A stretch of 64,000 nt of DNA from Bdellovibrio sp. GTDB lineage: Bacteria; Bdellovibrionota; Bdellovibrionia; Bdellovibrionales; Bdellovibrionaceae. Positions 30,881 through 40,757 of this stretch are shown piece after piece (position 1 is the stretch's first letter; the number at the start of each line of letters is the position of its first letter). A program made the translations under genes and the position numbers. A model generated the notes under the pieces. That model searched no databases, was not told the DNA's origin, and saw only the letters and a list, made by a program, of their open reading frames with translations. The stretch spans positions 448,001-512,000 of the forward strand of contig JAKFCY010000003.1 in the NCBI GenBank assembly GCA_036676395.1, given 5' to 3'.

Positions 30881-32296
30881 TCAGTTCGGTTTGCGGTGAA
30901 ATTGGATCAACTCGGCTTTGCGCACCTCGGGATTTTCCTCAGAGGGGTAAATCCACACATAATTGTTACGTTCTGACGCTTGCGTGCATTCGACGTCGGT
31001 AAAAGCTGGTGACCAAGTTCCTGAATTTAAATGTTCAACTGATCCATAAAATTCATGGCGCGGTATATGGGTATGACCATAAACAATGCGATGCACTCCA
31101 GTGACTTCAGATTGCTGCGAAAATAACAATTCATCGGGCTCTTTGTAAGTGCTCACTAATGAAGTGATCGAACGTGCGTAAAACAGAAAAAATGGAATTA
31201 ACAATAAAATCGGAACAATAACCCAATAAAATGAAATCTGAAAAAGTAATTTTAGTTGAGCGATAATAACTAAAATACCAACTAGTCCGAAAAAAATTAA
31301 AAGAGCGCGATCAAGCCATAGCTCTTTAGCAATTAAATAAGGATTCTGTGTGGCCGGAGTTGCAAAAAATTCTTGAAGACCACGAACCACTTTTGGAGTG
31401 GTGTTTGAGTCTTTAGCCGCTTTTTCGACGATGTCTTCCATTTTTTCTAAGGGCTTAAAATTTTCACCAAAGCGATCTAAAGTTACATGGATAAGTGTGG
31501 CCATTGCTCCCCAAAACCATGTCCAAATAATTAATGGCTGAGTCAGCAATAAATAGCGAAAGAAAAAACGCAAATAACCACTCACCGACATAATATAATT
31601 TTTTTCAATGTGGGGATTAAATAATCCCATGCCATTCATAATGTATCTGCAGGCCACATTACCAAACGGTAATCGAATACGCAGTTCATTATAATTGATG
31701 ATAAAAGGATTTAGTGGATTTTCGCACAAACAATATGGATCTTGCTGATGCCCATGTTCAATCAAGGTGTCATTTTCGCTGATATAAAACCATTTTACAA
31801 TTTTGACTCGCTTGGCATCTTCAGGCATTAAATTTAAAAAATCAAAAAAAGTCTTTTGTACTTTCGGAAAATGCAATTCGACGTCATGATTACCTGGAAT
31901 CAAAATCAAGGTATGCCCTTTTTCAACAAAACGGCGAAGAGCATTGATAAAACCCGCGTGCTCTTCTAACACCACCTGCATTTTAAAAACTGAACGTTCT
32001 TCTCTGGGAAAAAGTCCGCGACGAGTTTCAATCCAGTGAAATTTATAAATCGGAGCTACGGGTAAAGCCATGACGCTATCAAAATCAAATATATCGCCAT
32101 TTAAAATAAGCTCGATAGGTTGACCCTGAGATTTATTGTCGATTTCATCTAAGAATTCAATTAACGCCGGATCCATAAAAAATTCTTTGGTTTTAAATTT
32201 TTTCCAAAGAGGATGGCGCACCTTAAATTTAGGGCGCGACGGTTCGGCATCCGTTAAATGAAGATCGCTGATAATAGCGGTGTACTTTAAACTCAC
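30881..32296 (-). CDS. Calcineurin-like metallophosphoesterase with inserted TM segments
   Basis: SDLH, NGDIFD, GNHD, EHGH and GHTH motifs. Confidence 0.88.
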   Translation of the reverse strand: MSLKYTAIISDLHLTDAEPSRPKFKVRHPLWKKFKTKEFFMDPALIEFLDEIDNKSQGQPIELILNGDIFDFDSVMALPVAPIYKFHWIETRRGLFPREERSVFKMQVVLEEHAGFINALRRFVEKGHTLILIPGNHDVELHFPKVQKTFFDFLNLMPEDAKRVKIVKWFYISENDTLIEHGHQQDPYCLCENPLNPFIINYNELRIRLPFGNVACRYIMNGMGLFNPHIEKNYIMSVSGYLRFFFRYLLLTQPLIIWTWFWGAMATLIHVTLDRFGENFKPLEKMEDIVEKAAKDSNTTPKVVRGLQEFFATPATQNPYLIAKELWLDRALLIFFGLVGILVIIAQLKLLFQISFYWVIVPILLLIPFFLFYARSITSLVSTYKEPDELLFSQQSEVTGVHRIVYGHTHIPRHEFYGSVEHLNSGTWSPAFTDVECTQASERNNYVWIYPSEENPEVRKAELIQFHRKPN

Positions 32297-32345
32297 AATG
32301 ACATTGTTTCACGAGTCTGTTTTAATGTCTATACAGGTAGATTTT

Positions 32346-33644
32346 ATGTCGCAAAATAAATTAGAAAAATTTAAAAAACCGTTCGTTGTTGTAGGTCTGG
32401 GTAAATCAGGTATGGCTGCAGTGCAGTTACTTAAAAATACCGGCTTAGCCGCCAGCGATGTTTTATTATTCGATGAAAAAAAAGAAAGCGACTTAAAATC
32501 CTGGGACAATATCGCAAAATTGCCTGCGGGAACATTAGTTGTATCGCCCGGGGTTCCGCTTAAAGGGCCGCATATTCAAAAATTAGCAGCTCTTGGCTGG
32601 GGTTTAACTTCAGAAATCACATTGGCTTGCCAGTATTTAACCGATGAAAAATTAATCGGCATTACCGGGTCAGTAGCTAAGAGTACTGTGACTTCTTTAG
32701 TGGGCGCAGCCCTTTTAACCGATGATTCGAATGCATTTATTGGTGGTAATTTGGGTGTGCCGTTTTGCGAATATGCTGTGGGGTTACAACAGGGTAAAGC
32801 AAAAGCTAAATATATCGTGCTTGAACTTTCAAGTTATCAATTAGAAAACTGCAAAGATTTAAAACTAGAAAATTCGGCCATCACCTATTTGTCAGCAAAT
32901 CATTTAGAGCGTTATAGTTCTTCAGATGAATACTATATGACAAAATGTTTCATTGGTCAGATGACCAAAAACATTTGTGTTTTAAATTCAGCCTCTGAAG
33001 ATAATGTTAAATATGCACCGCGTGTACCATGTAAAACACTATTAACTGAAGCAAAAACTTTTTCACAACCCGAATTGCTAAAAAAAGTTAAACTTCTAGG
33101 TGCGCATAATAAAGATAATTTCAGCGTAGCTTATGAATTAGTTAAAGCTACGGGCTTATCTGAAAAAGCCATCAGGGCTATGTGTAAATTTACCGGGTTG
33201 TCTCATCGTATTGAATTTGTTGCTGAACATAAGCAGGTTTCATACATCAATGATAGTAAAGCCACAGCTATGGATTCAGTTTTGGTCGCCGTGCAAGCTG
33301 CGCAAGAAAAAGCCGGTAGTGCTGGTTTAGTCTATTCATTATTAGGCGGAAAAGATAAAAACCTTCCCTGGGAAGAACTAAAAGTCTTAGCCAAAGAAAA
33401 ACAAATTCTACCGGTCTTTTTTGGTGCTTGTGGTGAATTAGCCCGAGAAAAAATGCAGATGTTTGATCGCCCTTATTTTGCTAAATTAAACGATGCTCTG
33501 GATGCCGTGTTTAAGAAAACCAGAGCCCACGATGTAGTTTTATTAAGCCCGGGCGGAACAAGCTTAGATGAATTTAAAAATTTTGAAGAGCGCGGAAATT
33601 TCTTTAAAGAAAAAGTGAAAACCTTTATTCAGCAAAATGGCTAA
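32346..33644 (+). CDS. murD: UDP-MurNAc-L-Ala--D-Glu ligase
   Basis: GLGKSG, VVSPGVP, ITGSVAKST, LELSSYQL, NDSKAT, LSPG..SLDEF.NFEERG; start set at MSQNK. Confidence 0.93.
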   Translation: MSQNKLEKFKKPFVVVGLGKSGMAAVQLLKNTGLAASDVLLFDEKKESDLKSWDNIAKLPAGTLVVSPGVPLKGPHIQKLAALGWGLTSEITLACQYLTDEKLIGITGSVAKSTVTSLVGAALLTDDSNAFIGGNLGVPFCEYAVGLQQGKAKAKYIVLELSSYQLENCKDLKLENSAITYLSANHLERYSSSDEYYMTKCFIGQMTKNICVLNSASEDNVKYAPRVPCKTLLTEAKTFSQPELLKKVKLLGAHNKDNFSVAYELVKATGLSEKAIRAMCKFTGLSHRIEFVAEHKQVSYINDSKATAMDSVLVAVQAAQEKAGSAGLVYSLLGGKDKNLPWEELKVLAKEKQILPVFFGACGELAREKMQMFDRPYFAKLNDALDAVFKKTRAHDVVLLSPGGTSLDEFKNFEERGNFFKEKVKTFIQQNG

Positions 33645-35424
33645 CAAATAACACTGAAGGACGGCTATAGAATACCGTTGAGAAGCTTCTTTCAGTTTTT
33701 TGATCTTGTAAGATAAACTCTTGAATTCCTTGCTTAACATTAAATGCCACAAAACCACCACCGATAACTTGTTTTGGCACTAGGTTTCCAGCTTGGTCAA
33801 AAAATATGATATTCGCTGGATTATAAGTTTCATCAGTTAAGTTAACATCAAAGTAGTTATACGGCGTAAAGCCTACATAAGTCGAAGTTTCAGGTTCGAT
33901 TTGAATTTGCGTCTGGGCTTGTACGTATTCGATGAAGGCTTCTTTGATCTGTGGTAAGTGTAAATGATCTTTGTTTAAGCTTTGAATGTATACGTAAGCT
34001 GCGTAATCACGAATTAACGGGCGGTTTACAATTTCAGTTAAGCCGAATTGCGAATGATGGCGGTAACGAATCAAATCAGTTTCTATCGTCAGGATTTCTT
34101 TTTGCCCGGGAACAAATAACTCGGTCATGATTTGTTCGCCTGTTAAGGCATCAAAACTTCTGGCAATCACAGATGTTGGTAAGGCTGACGAGAAGATCTC
34201 TTGGTAAGACACTGTATCTTGCGCCACCAGGTATTGTTGTGTTCCTAAACGACGATCACCGATGAAAGCAGAGATCTCGTAAACACCTTCATTTAAACCA
34301 GGAATAATAAAGTAGCCGTTATCAGAAGATTGGTTTTGATTATGTTGCGGAATTAAAAATTGATCTAAGTAGTAAGGCTCTAAACCTGGCTGGTTTTCGA
34401 TCATCACTTGAGCACCTTGAACCGGTTTACCATCGACAAGTATCCGGCCGATGATAATTCCCGTTTCAGGCAAAAATTGAATTTGTAATTGTTCAGATAA
34501 GTAATCAACTGCGCCAGCAACCCATTTGCGCGAAAACAACACTGTATCACTACGATCAGCCGACGAACGCACTGTTAAGGTCGAAGCTACAGCTCCAGTA
34601 GTATCTTTGATGAATCCAAGCGTTGACGAATGTCGCGCGACATTGGGATAGACGTCAGTCGTTTTTTTTAGATCAAAGTGTCCCGAGAAAAAACTTGCTT
34701 GTAAGTTCTTATCAACTTTTCTTGAATCCACTGAGCGGGCATTAAAGGCAAAAGCTGAAGGCCGGCCTAATCTTAAAGTCGGACCTTCGAAAAACTGACC
34801 CGCACGTTTCAAGTTATAAATTTTTTGGCGGTCTTCACCAATTAATAAACCAGTGATATCTTTTACTTCAGCTACGATTTCACCTTCGAACGCACCAACA
34901 GCGATTTGGTATTGGCCGGCACGTAAATCAACTTGGCCCACTTCGATAGATTGACCTTCAAATACACGTTTTAAAACCACTAAGTGATCAACGATACCAA
35001 CGCCATCTTTTAATTCGAACTGGCCACGAATCACAGCGCCTTCAGACATTTGGGTGAAGGTCGGAGTTACCGAGCTTTGCGGTTGTTTTGTAAGCAGTAC
35101 TTGTAACTGACGGTCGGCTTCAGCATTTAATTCAGCTTTATCAATTTTAATTTCAGCAACTGAAGCAACAGCTGTTACTTCTTCAATGTTTTCTGTAGAA
35201 AGTTGCACAACACGGTTATGACTCGCTAATTCGCGTAACTGTTGTTGTTTAGCTAACTGAAGGTTTTTTTGAATGATTTGTGATTGTTGAAATAAATTGT
35301 AGGCAGGAGTATTGCGCTCTTGAGTAATTGTTAATGGTTTTGTGACCATCACAATATTAGATTTTTCTATTTTTGGAGAATAGAGAAATGTTAGAGGTAA
35401 AATAAAAGCCAGTAGATATGCCAT
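33625..35424 (-). CDS. Exported protein with a carboxypeptidase-regulatory-like (prealbumin-fold) domain
   Basis: N-terminal hydrophobic segment; I.GRI...GKPVQGAQV...SDNGYF.IPGL..G.Y motif. Confidence 0.6.
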   Translation of the reverse strand: MAYLLAFILPLTFLYSPKIEKSNIVMVTKPLTITQERNTPAYNLFQQSQIIQKNLQLAKQQQLRELASHNRVVQLSTENIEEVTAVASVAEIKIDKAELNAEADRQLQVLLTKQPQSSVTPTFTQMSEGAVIRGQFELKDGVGIVDHLVVLKRVFEGQSIEVGQVDLRAGQYQIAVGAFEGEIVAEVKDITGLLIGEDRQKIYNLKRAGQFFEGPTLRLGRPSAFAFNARSVDSRKVDKNLQASFFSGHFDLKKTTDVYPNVARHSSTLGFIKDTTGAVASTLTVRSSADRSDTVLFSRKWVAGAVDYLSEQLQIQFLPETGIIIGRILVDGKPVQGAQVMIENQPGLEPYYLDQFLIPQHNQNQSSDNGYFIIPGLNEGVYEISAFIGDRRLGTQQYLVAQDTVSYQEIFSSALPTSVIARSFDALTGEQIMTELFVPGQKEILTIETDLIRYRHHSQFGLTEIVNRPLIRDYAAYVYIQSLNKDHLHLPQIKEAFIEYVQAQTQIQIEPETSTYVGFTPYNYFDVNLTDETYNPANIIFFDQAGNLVPKQVIGGGFVAFNVKQGIQEFILQDQKTERSFSTVFYSRPSVLFVSHFAE

Positions 35425-35441
35425 GCCTACCTATAGGATAT

Positions 35442-35876
35442 TTAGAATACCTCTTCGGCGTCAATGGCTTGGTAAGTATCGAGACTTTTGTTAAGGGCGC
35501 GCTTGATCTCTAAAGCCCGCTTCTGGGTTAGACTTTCGTCGATTCCTAGGTCGACAAAGGTCATGGTTTCCAGATCCAGAGCCTCCTTAGAGACTTGCAC
35601 GCTAATTTCGTAAGGTCTGCGCGGGCCTAAGATCACAACTTTTGTGTAATAGCGCGCTTTAATTTTTTTACCTTCGTCTAGGTCTTCAAACTTGCGATTA
35701 TGATAGGTCGAGCTTAATTCGCGGCCGTTAAGGCTGATGATGCGCGGTTTTCCGATGATGGCCGTGATGGCTTTGCGCGTTTCAGGAACCGGAAGAGTCG
35801 AATCTTCAATGTAATAGGCTGTAGTTGTACAGCCCGATAAAAAAATTAGTAATAAAAACGCGCTAAATAATTTCAC
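35442..35876 (-). CDS. Lipoprotein, hypothetical
   Basis: Lipobox LSGC. Confidence 0.8.
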   Translation of the reverse strand: MKLFSAFLLLIFLSGCTTTAYYIEDSTLPVPETRKAITAIIGKPRIISLNGRELSSTYHNRKFEDLDEGKKIKARYYTKVVILGPRRPYEISVQVSKEALDLETMTFVDLGIDESLTQKRALEIKRALNKSLDTYQAIDAEEVF

Positions 35877-35894
35877 TCTTTAATATAATAGTGA

Positions 35895-36533
35895 CTATTT
35901 TTTATTCCAGTCAGCTAAAAACATCTCAATGCCTTTAGAAGTTAACGGATGTCCAGTCATTTGCTGCATAACTTTAAATGGAATAGTCGCAATATCTGCA
36001 CCCATCATTGCCGCATGTTGGATATGCATCGGCGATCTAACCGAAGCCACTAAAACTTCAGTGTCAAAATCATATTGCTGATACATTTGGATAACGTCAG
36101 CGACCATGCTCATGCCATCAGTTCCAATATCATCAAGGCGACCCACGAATGGAGACACCATTGAAGCACCAGCTTTAGCCGCTAAAAGAGCCTGCACTAC
36201 AGAGAATACTAAAGTGACGTTAGTTTTGATTCCCATAGCTGTGAATTTTTTAACAGCTATCATGCCATCTTCACACATAGGAACTTTAACAACCACATTA
36301 TCAGCAAGTTTTGCTAACACTTGGCCTTCTTTAACCATTTCTTCAGCTTTAAGAGAAATAACTTCAGCTGAAACGGGGCCTGTCGTGATTTTACAAATTT
36401 CTTTGATCACTTCATGAAAATCGCGACCTGATTTTGCAATCAATGTTGGATTTGTCGTAACGCCGTCAACCCAACCGCGATCGTTAGCCATTTTAATTTC
36501 ATTTACATCAGCTGTATCAATAAAGAATTTCAT
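35895..36533 (-). CDS. tal: Transaldolase (short FSA/TalC family)
   Basis: FIDTAD, TTNPT, VVKVP Schiff-base Lys; SAEV Glu and SPFVGR Phe favour transaldolase over FSA. Confidence 0.92.
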   Translation of the reverse strand: MKFFIDTADVNEIKMANDRGWVDGVTTNPTLIAKSGRDFHEVIKEICKITTGPVSAEVISLKAEEMVKEGQVLAKLADNVVVKVPMCEDGMIAVKKFTAMGIKTNVTLVFSVVQALLAAKAGASMVSPFVGRLDDIGTDGMSMVADVIQMYQQYDFDTEVLVASVRSPMHIQHAAMMGADIATIPFKVMQQMTGHPLTSKGIEMFLADWNKK

Positions 36534-36534
36534 T

Positions 36535-37293
36535 TTATTTTTTCCTTTTAGCAGTTGTTTTGCCGTCAGTCGGTTTAACAGAAGTCATTAAATCATCCAT
36601 AGAATATAAACCTGCAGGCTGTTTGACAATCCACAGTGCAGCTTTGAGTGCTCCTTCAGCAAACACCGTGCGATTTAAAGCATTGTGCTCAAGTTTAATC
36701 ATTTCACTTTGCGAAGCTGCTGTGATCGTATGAATGCCGAATACGCCACCTAAACGATGTCCGACTGCGGGAGCTATTTTTTTACCGACAGCTTTTTCTA
36801 AATCTTTGTGCAACGTCACGGCGGTGCCACTGGGATTATCTTTTTTCTGCGTGTGGTGAATTTCTTCTAAAGCAAAATCAAAATGAGAAACCGTTGAAAG
36901 AGTTTTAATGGCTTGGCGAACGGTCCACAGACCAACACTCATATTCGAAGCCCAAAAAACCGCAGTTTTTTTGCTAGAAGCTTCAACTTTACTAAATTGA
37001 TTATTTTCAAAACCAGTTGTTCCGCTGATTAATGGTTTTTTAGTTTGTTGAACGATAGGCAGTAATTGCAATAAACCTTCGGGGCGTGAAAAATCAATCC
37101 ACACATCAACTTGTTTTAAAGTTTTATCAGAAACTTTTTTTAAATCAGAAAAACTTAAATCAAAATCACCAGTGGGTTTTTTGCAAATTTCTACTAAGGC
37201 ATTAAAATCGCTATCGCTTCTTAACAGCTGGCGAATGGCCACGCCCATTTTGCCTGTCGAGCCCAATAAGCCGATTTGAATTTTTTTAGCCAT
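36535..37293 (-). CDS. dapB: 4-hydroxy-tetrahydrodipicolinate reductase
   Basis: G.TGKMG, GTTG, E.HH..KKD.PSGTA. Confidence 0.95.
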   Translation of the reverse strand: MAKKIQIGLLGSTGKMGVAIRQLLRSDSDFNALVEICKKPTGDFDLSFSDLKKVSDKTLKQVDVWIDFSRPEGLLQLLPIVQQTKKPLISGTTGFENNQFSKVEASSKKTAVFWASNMSVGLWTVRQAIKTLSTVSHFDFALEEIHHTQKKDNPSGTAVTLHKDLEKAVGKKIAPAVGHRLGGVFGIHTITAASQSEMIKLEHNALNRTVFAEGALKAALWIVKQPAGLYSMDDLMTSVKPTDGKTTAKRKK

Positions 37294-38189
37294 TATAATA
37301 ATCCTAAGCTTTCCATTTCAGCGGTAATTTCTTTATGAAATTTTTCATCAAGAGTCACAAGTGGTAATCGCATCTCAGGAGACTTAATTAAGCCTTTTCT
37401 AAAAAGCATCCACTTAAGCGGGATTGGATTGGCTTCACAGTACATTAAGCCGATTAATTTCAGATATTTTTTGAAATCAGTTTCTGCTTCAGAAACTTTT
37501 CCGCTCATCATTAAATCTGTCCAGCGCGTTGATTCTTTAGTGATGATATTCGACATCACTGAAATTACGCCTTTGCCACCAAGTTTTAAAAATTCGATGT
37601 AGGTTGGATCATCCCCTGAAAGCATTAAAAAGTTTTTCGGCACCCGATTCATTAATTCTTGGTCAAACTTAATATCACCAGTGGCTTCTTTAATACCTAA
37701 GATATTTCGTGTTTCAGAAAGTTCGGCTATAGTGTCTACCGTCATACCAGTGATCGTGCGACCCGGAACATTGTAAAGAATCACAGGTACTTCAGAATTT
37801 TTTGCGACGGCTTTAAAATGTTCAACTAAACCGCGTTGTGGCGGTTTGTTGTAATATGGAACTACGACTAAAGCCGCATTTGCACCCAACTCAGAAGCTT
37901 TTTTAGTCGCTTCTATTGTTTTTTCAGTTGAGTTAGAACCAGTTCCTAAAATTAACGGAAAGTTCATTCCAGCTTGAGCACGCACCATTGAAAAAATTTT
38001 AGTTACTTCAGTAGGTTTTAAAGTGGGGCTTTCTGCGGTAGTTCCGTTAATAACTAATCCTTTAATGCCATTATCAAGCTGGTAAGCAACTAACTTTTCT
38101 AAAGACGCGTAATCGACTTCACCATCGATAAATGGCGTAATTAAAGCTGAGATAGCTCCGTTAAAATCAGTTCGTCGTTGTTGTTGCAT
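37293..38189 (-). CDS. dapA: 4-hydroxy-tetrahydrodipicolinate synthase
   Basis: GTTAES, PYYNKP, LYNVPGRT, IKEA, NPIP. Confidence 0.96.
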   Translation of the reverse strand: MQQQRRTDFNGAISALITPFIDGEVDYASLEKLVAYQLDNGIKGLVINGTTAESPTLKPTEVTKIFSMVRAQAGMNFPLILGTGSNSTEKTIEATKKASELGANAALVVVPYYNKPPQRGLVEHFKAVAKNSEVPVILYNVPGRTITGMTVDTIAELSETRNILGIKEATGDIKFDQELMNRVPKNFLMLSGDDPTYIEFLKLGGKGVISVMSNIITKESTRWTDLMMSGKVSEAETDFKKYLKLIGLMYCEANPIPLKWMLFRKGLIKSPEMRLPLVTLDEKFHKEITAEMESLGLL

Positions 38190-38943
38190 CGTAGTCTCCT
38201 AATTGGACAGCAGATCCGGTCATTAATGGATTTTTTAAATCAGAAAGATTCATTTTAAGCAAACCACCGGGCATTTCAACAAAAGTTTCATTCTGCCCGC
38301 GCTTGCTTAAATTATAATAAGCCGCAGCCATGGCACCTGTGCCACAGGCATCGGTGAAATCTTCAACACCGCGCTCGTAAGATACGGCTTTTAATTTATT
38401 AGCCGCTATATCTAGTAGAACCAAAGTTACATTAGTACCGCGGGGTTGAAAGTCTGCATGAAAACGTAAATCACGGCAGTAAGATTTTAGATCACGGTAT
38501 TTTGAAAAATCTGGAATCTCAATCACGATGTGTGGAACACCCGTATCGCACCAAAAATATTTTTCATGAGTAAATTTTTCGATCGCTGTCATTTTAACTT
38601 CAAAAAGTTCTTTATCTAAAATTTTAATATCAATCGGGCCAGCAATGGTTTGTAATTTTAAATGGTTACCATCAATGTGCATGATGTTTTTGGCGTAGTA
38701 CGCCACGCAACGGGTGGCGTTACCACACATTTCGGCCATCGAACCATCGTTATTATAAAAATCCCATTGCAAGTGGTGTTGATTTTCATCAAGCCACGAT
38801 AAGAAAATAAAACCATCGGTTTTAGTTGTTTCACAAACGGCACGCACAAATTTTGGACGATCAGAAATGCCTTTCGCTTCAGGAGAATCCCAAGTGACTG
38901 AAAAAGTATTGCCGGCTCCAGATAGTTGATGCGTATGAATCAT
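38167..38943 (-). CDS. dapF: Diaminopimelate epimerase
   Basis: GAGN.F, AEMCGNA.RC, ERGV...ACGTG. Confidence 0.93.
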   Translation of the reverse strand: MIHTHQLSGAGNTFSVTWDSPEAKGISDRPKFVRAVCETTKTDGFIFLSWLDENQHHLQWDFYNNDGSMAEMCGNATRCVAYYAKNIMHIDGNHLKLQTIAGPIDIKILDKELFEVKMTAIEKFTHEKYFWCDTGVPHIVIEIPDFSKYRDLKSYCRDLRFHADFQPRGTNVTLVLLDIAANKLKAVSYERGVEDFTDACGTGAMAAAYYNLSKRGQNETFVEMPGGLLKMNLSDLKNPLMTGSAVQLGDYDATTTTN

Positions 38944-38947
38944 AGGA

Positions 38948-39124
38948 TTACTTTTTTTTCTTTTTTACAGGCAAAGTTTTTAAAGGTACCGTTTCTGAGA
39001 CCGTTTTAGTTTTTTCAGCCTCAACACTTGGTAACGGCGCTTCAGGAATCGGCGGTAAAGGTTTACCTTTAATGCCACAGGCGCTTAAAGATAAAATAAA
39101 GAGTAAAGCTAACAACGATTTCAT
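38948..39124 (-). CDS. lptM: LptM/YifL-like small lipoprotein (58 aa; missing from the ORF track)
   Basis: MKSLLALLFILSLSACGIKGKPLPP...; CGxKG motif and position directly upstream of dapF, as in E. coli yifL-dapF. Confidence 0.75.
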   Translation of the reverse strand: MKSLLALLFILSLSACGIKGKPLPPIPEAPLPSVEAEKTKTVSETVPLKTLPVKKKKK

Positions 39125-40011
39125 TTTAAAGTCCTTCTACAGAAATCAATATCGAAAAAATATTTGCGCGCAATTTCAGGAGAAACTGCTTCGCATTTTT
39201 TTTTATAAATTGTAACTACGTTTAATAAATTCTCAATTGAGTCTTCGCCGTAAGTATGACGATGCAATTGGGCGCGCATTAAAATCACATCGATATAATC
39301 AGGAGCTATCTGATGTAAGCGATCAAGGGATTCTTTCGCTAATAGATAATTTTTTGCCAAAATAGAACGATCGAATTCTAAGATCGCTGCCAATAATTGC
39401 GCATCATACAGTTCGTTTTTTCCGTTAGCATCAAATTGCAAATTAATAAAATCATCCTGAGTTTTATCTAACGACAGAATGAGTGGTCTAAGTTCTGGAA
39501 CATCAAGAGCTGTGGTTTTCATTTTTTCTAAAAATAATGAATAGCGGCTGTTGTTCTTATTATTAGCTTTAGCTTCAGCCCATAGACACATAAATTGATC
39601 AGGATCAATCGACAGACATTTCTGAGTATTTTTTAAAGAGACTTTAGCTTCGTTTAAGTACTGACTTGAAGCCAGTTCAAAAAAATCCTGAGCTTCTGAG
39701 GATAAAAAAGAACTCATCACAACTAATTTTAACTGGCTGATTTTTTTCTGTAATTCAGGAACCAAATTTGTGCGGTTTAAATCCTGGATGATATCTAAAG
39801 CTTGTGGCCGTTGTTTTAATAATAACAACGTCGTGATCTTCTTTTTCGCTTCATCAATTCTTTGTTCTTGGGTTTTAAGCTGCGCTTTAAGAACAGCAGG
39901 CTTGTTGGAAACAGCTCCCCAAGCAGATTGATTAAGCCCTAAAATAGAAAAAGCCGCGATGAACGCGGCAATTTTCAATGTATGGTCAAGAAATTGAAAA
40001 GAAATCGACAT
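39121..40011 (-). CDS. Exported helical (TPR-like) hypothetical protein
   Basis: Signal-like N-terminus; ..IDPD.. and ..IAPDY.. TPR-like turns. Confidence 0.6.
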   Translation of the reverse strand: MSISFQFLDHTLKIAAFIAAFSILGLNQSAWGAVSNKPAVLKAQLKTQEQRIDEAKKKITTLLLLKQRPQALDIIQDLNRTNLVPELQKKISQLKLVVMSSFLSSEAQDFFELASSQYLNEAKVSLKNTQKCLSIDPDQFMCLWAEAKANNKNNSRYSLFLEKMKTTALDVPELRPLILSLDKTQDDFINLQFDANGKNELYDAQLLAAILEFDRSILAKNYLLAKESLDRLHQIAPDYIDVILMRAQLHRHTYGEDSIENLLNVVTIYKKKCEAVSPEIARKYFFDIDFCRRTLK

Positions 40012-40583
40012 TAATTCTTTTTAAATGAAGTTAACTCGATTGTCACCTTTCCAAGTGGGCTGTCGCTCATAGACTTAGCCATACCGTTAACTGGGATATC
40101 GCGGCCGTTAACCCATTGCTCAGTGATTTGAGCGTTGTTACCGTTATCTTGGATTTTGATGTACATAGTTTTGAAAGTTCCTGCTGGAACAGTCACTTGT
40201 GCTTCTTTTTGATCGATAATTTCGTAGTTGGCTACAGGAACAGCTTGTTCTTTACCATCAACTAGCATTTTTTTAGTTTCGCCAGTGTTCATATCGATTA
40301 AAGCTTCAACTTTTTGCTTTTGGATCAATAAATTGATGTCTTGAACTAACCAAGCTTCAGTTCTGTCAGCGTTAATTTCGCGTACGAACATTTTCATAGT
40401 TCCAGGAATGAATCCCATAGATAATTTGTAGTTATTTTCATCGCCTACATTCCAAGGTAAACCCATTGCAACAACGTCTTGCATAACAGCTTGTTGGCTG
40501 GCGAAAATGATGTGTGCAGGTGTGTTAGCTTGAGCAACAGCTGATAAAGCTAAAACGGCAGTAACGATTAATGATTTAAACAT
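40011..40583 (-). CDS. Secreted hypothetical protein (DUF3108-like VTVPAGTF motif)
   Basis: Signal peptide ending AQA; VTVPAGTFK motif; GGAGG RBS. Confidence 0.7.
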   Translation of the reverse strand: MFKSLIVTAVLALSAVAQANTPAHIIFASQQAVMQDVVAMGLPWNVGDENNYKLSMGFIPGTMKMFVREINADRTEAWLVQDINLLIQKQKVEALIDMNTGETKKMLVDGKEQAVPVANYEIIDQKEAQVTVPAGTFKTMYIKIQDNGNNAQITEQWVNGRDIPVNGMAKSMSDSPLGKVTIELTSFKKN

Positions 40584-40703
40584 AGATCCTCCTAAGTGAT
40601 TTGTTTGTTTCGATAGAGGTAATCACACCACGAAGGCTCTGTAGTTTACAAAAATATTGTTTGTTTTTATGCGCGGGGTTAACGATTTAAGATTGGATTT
40701 CAG

Positions 40704-40740
40704 AATCTGATCTCGAACCTATTCGATTCAAGATCAGATT
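40704..40740 (-). terminator. Hairpin downstream of ftsK
   Basis: AATCTGATCT...AGATCAGATT 10-bp inverted repeat, weak U-tail. Confidence 0.4.
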
Positions 40741-40757
40741 TTCATTTGACTGACTAA

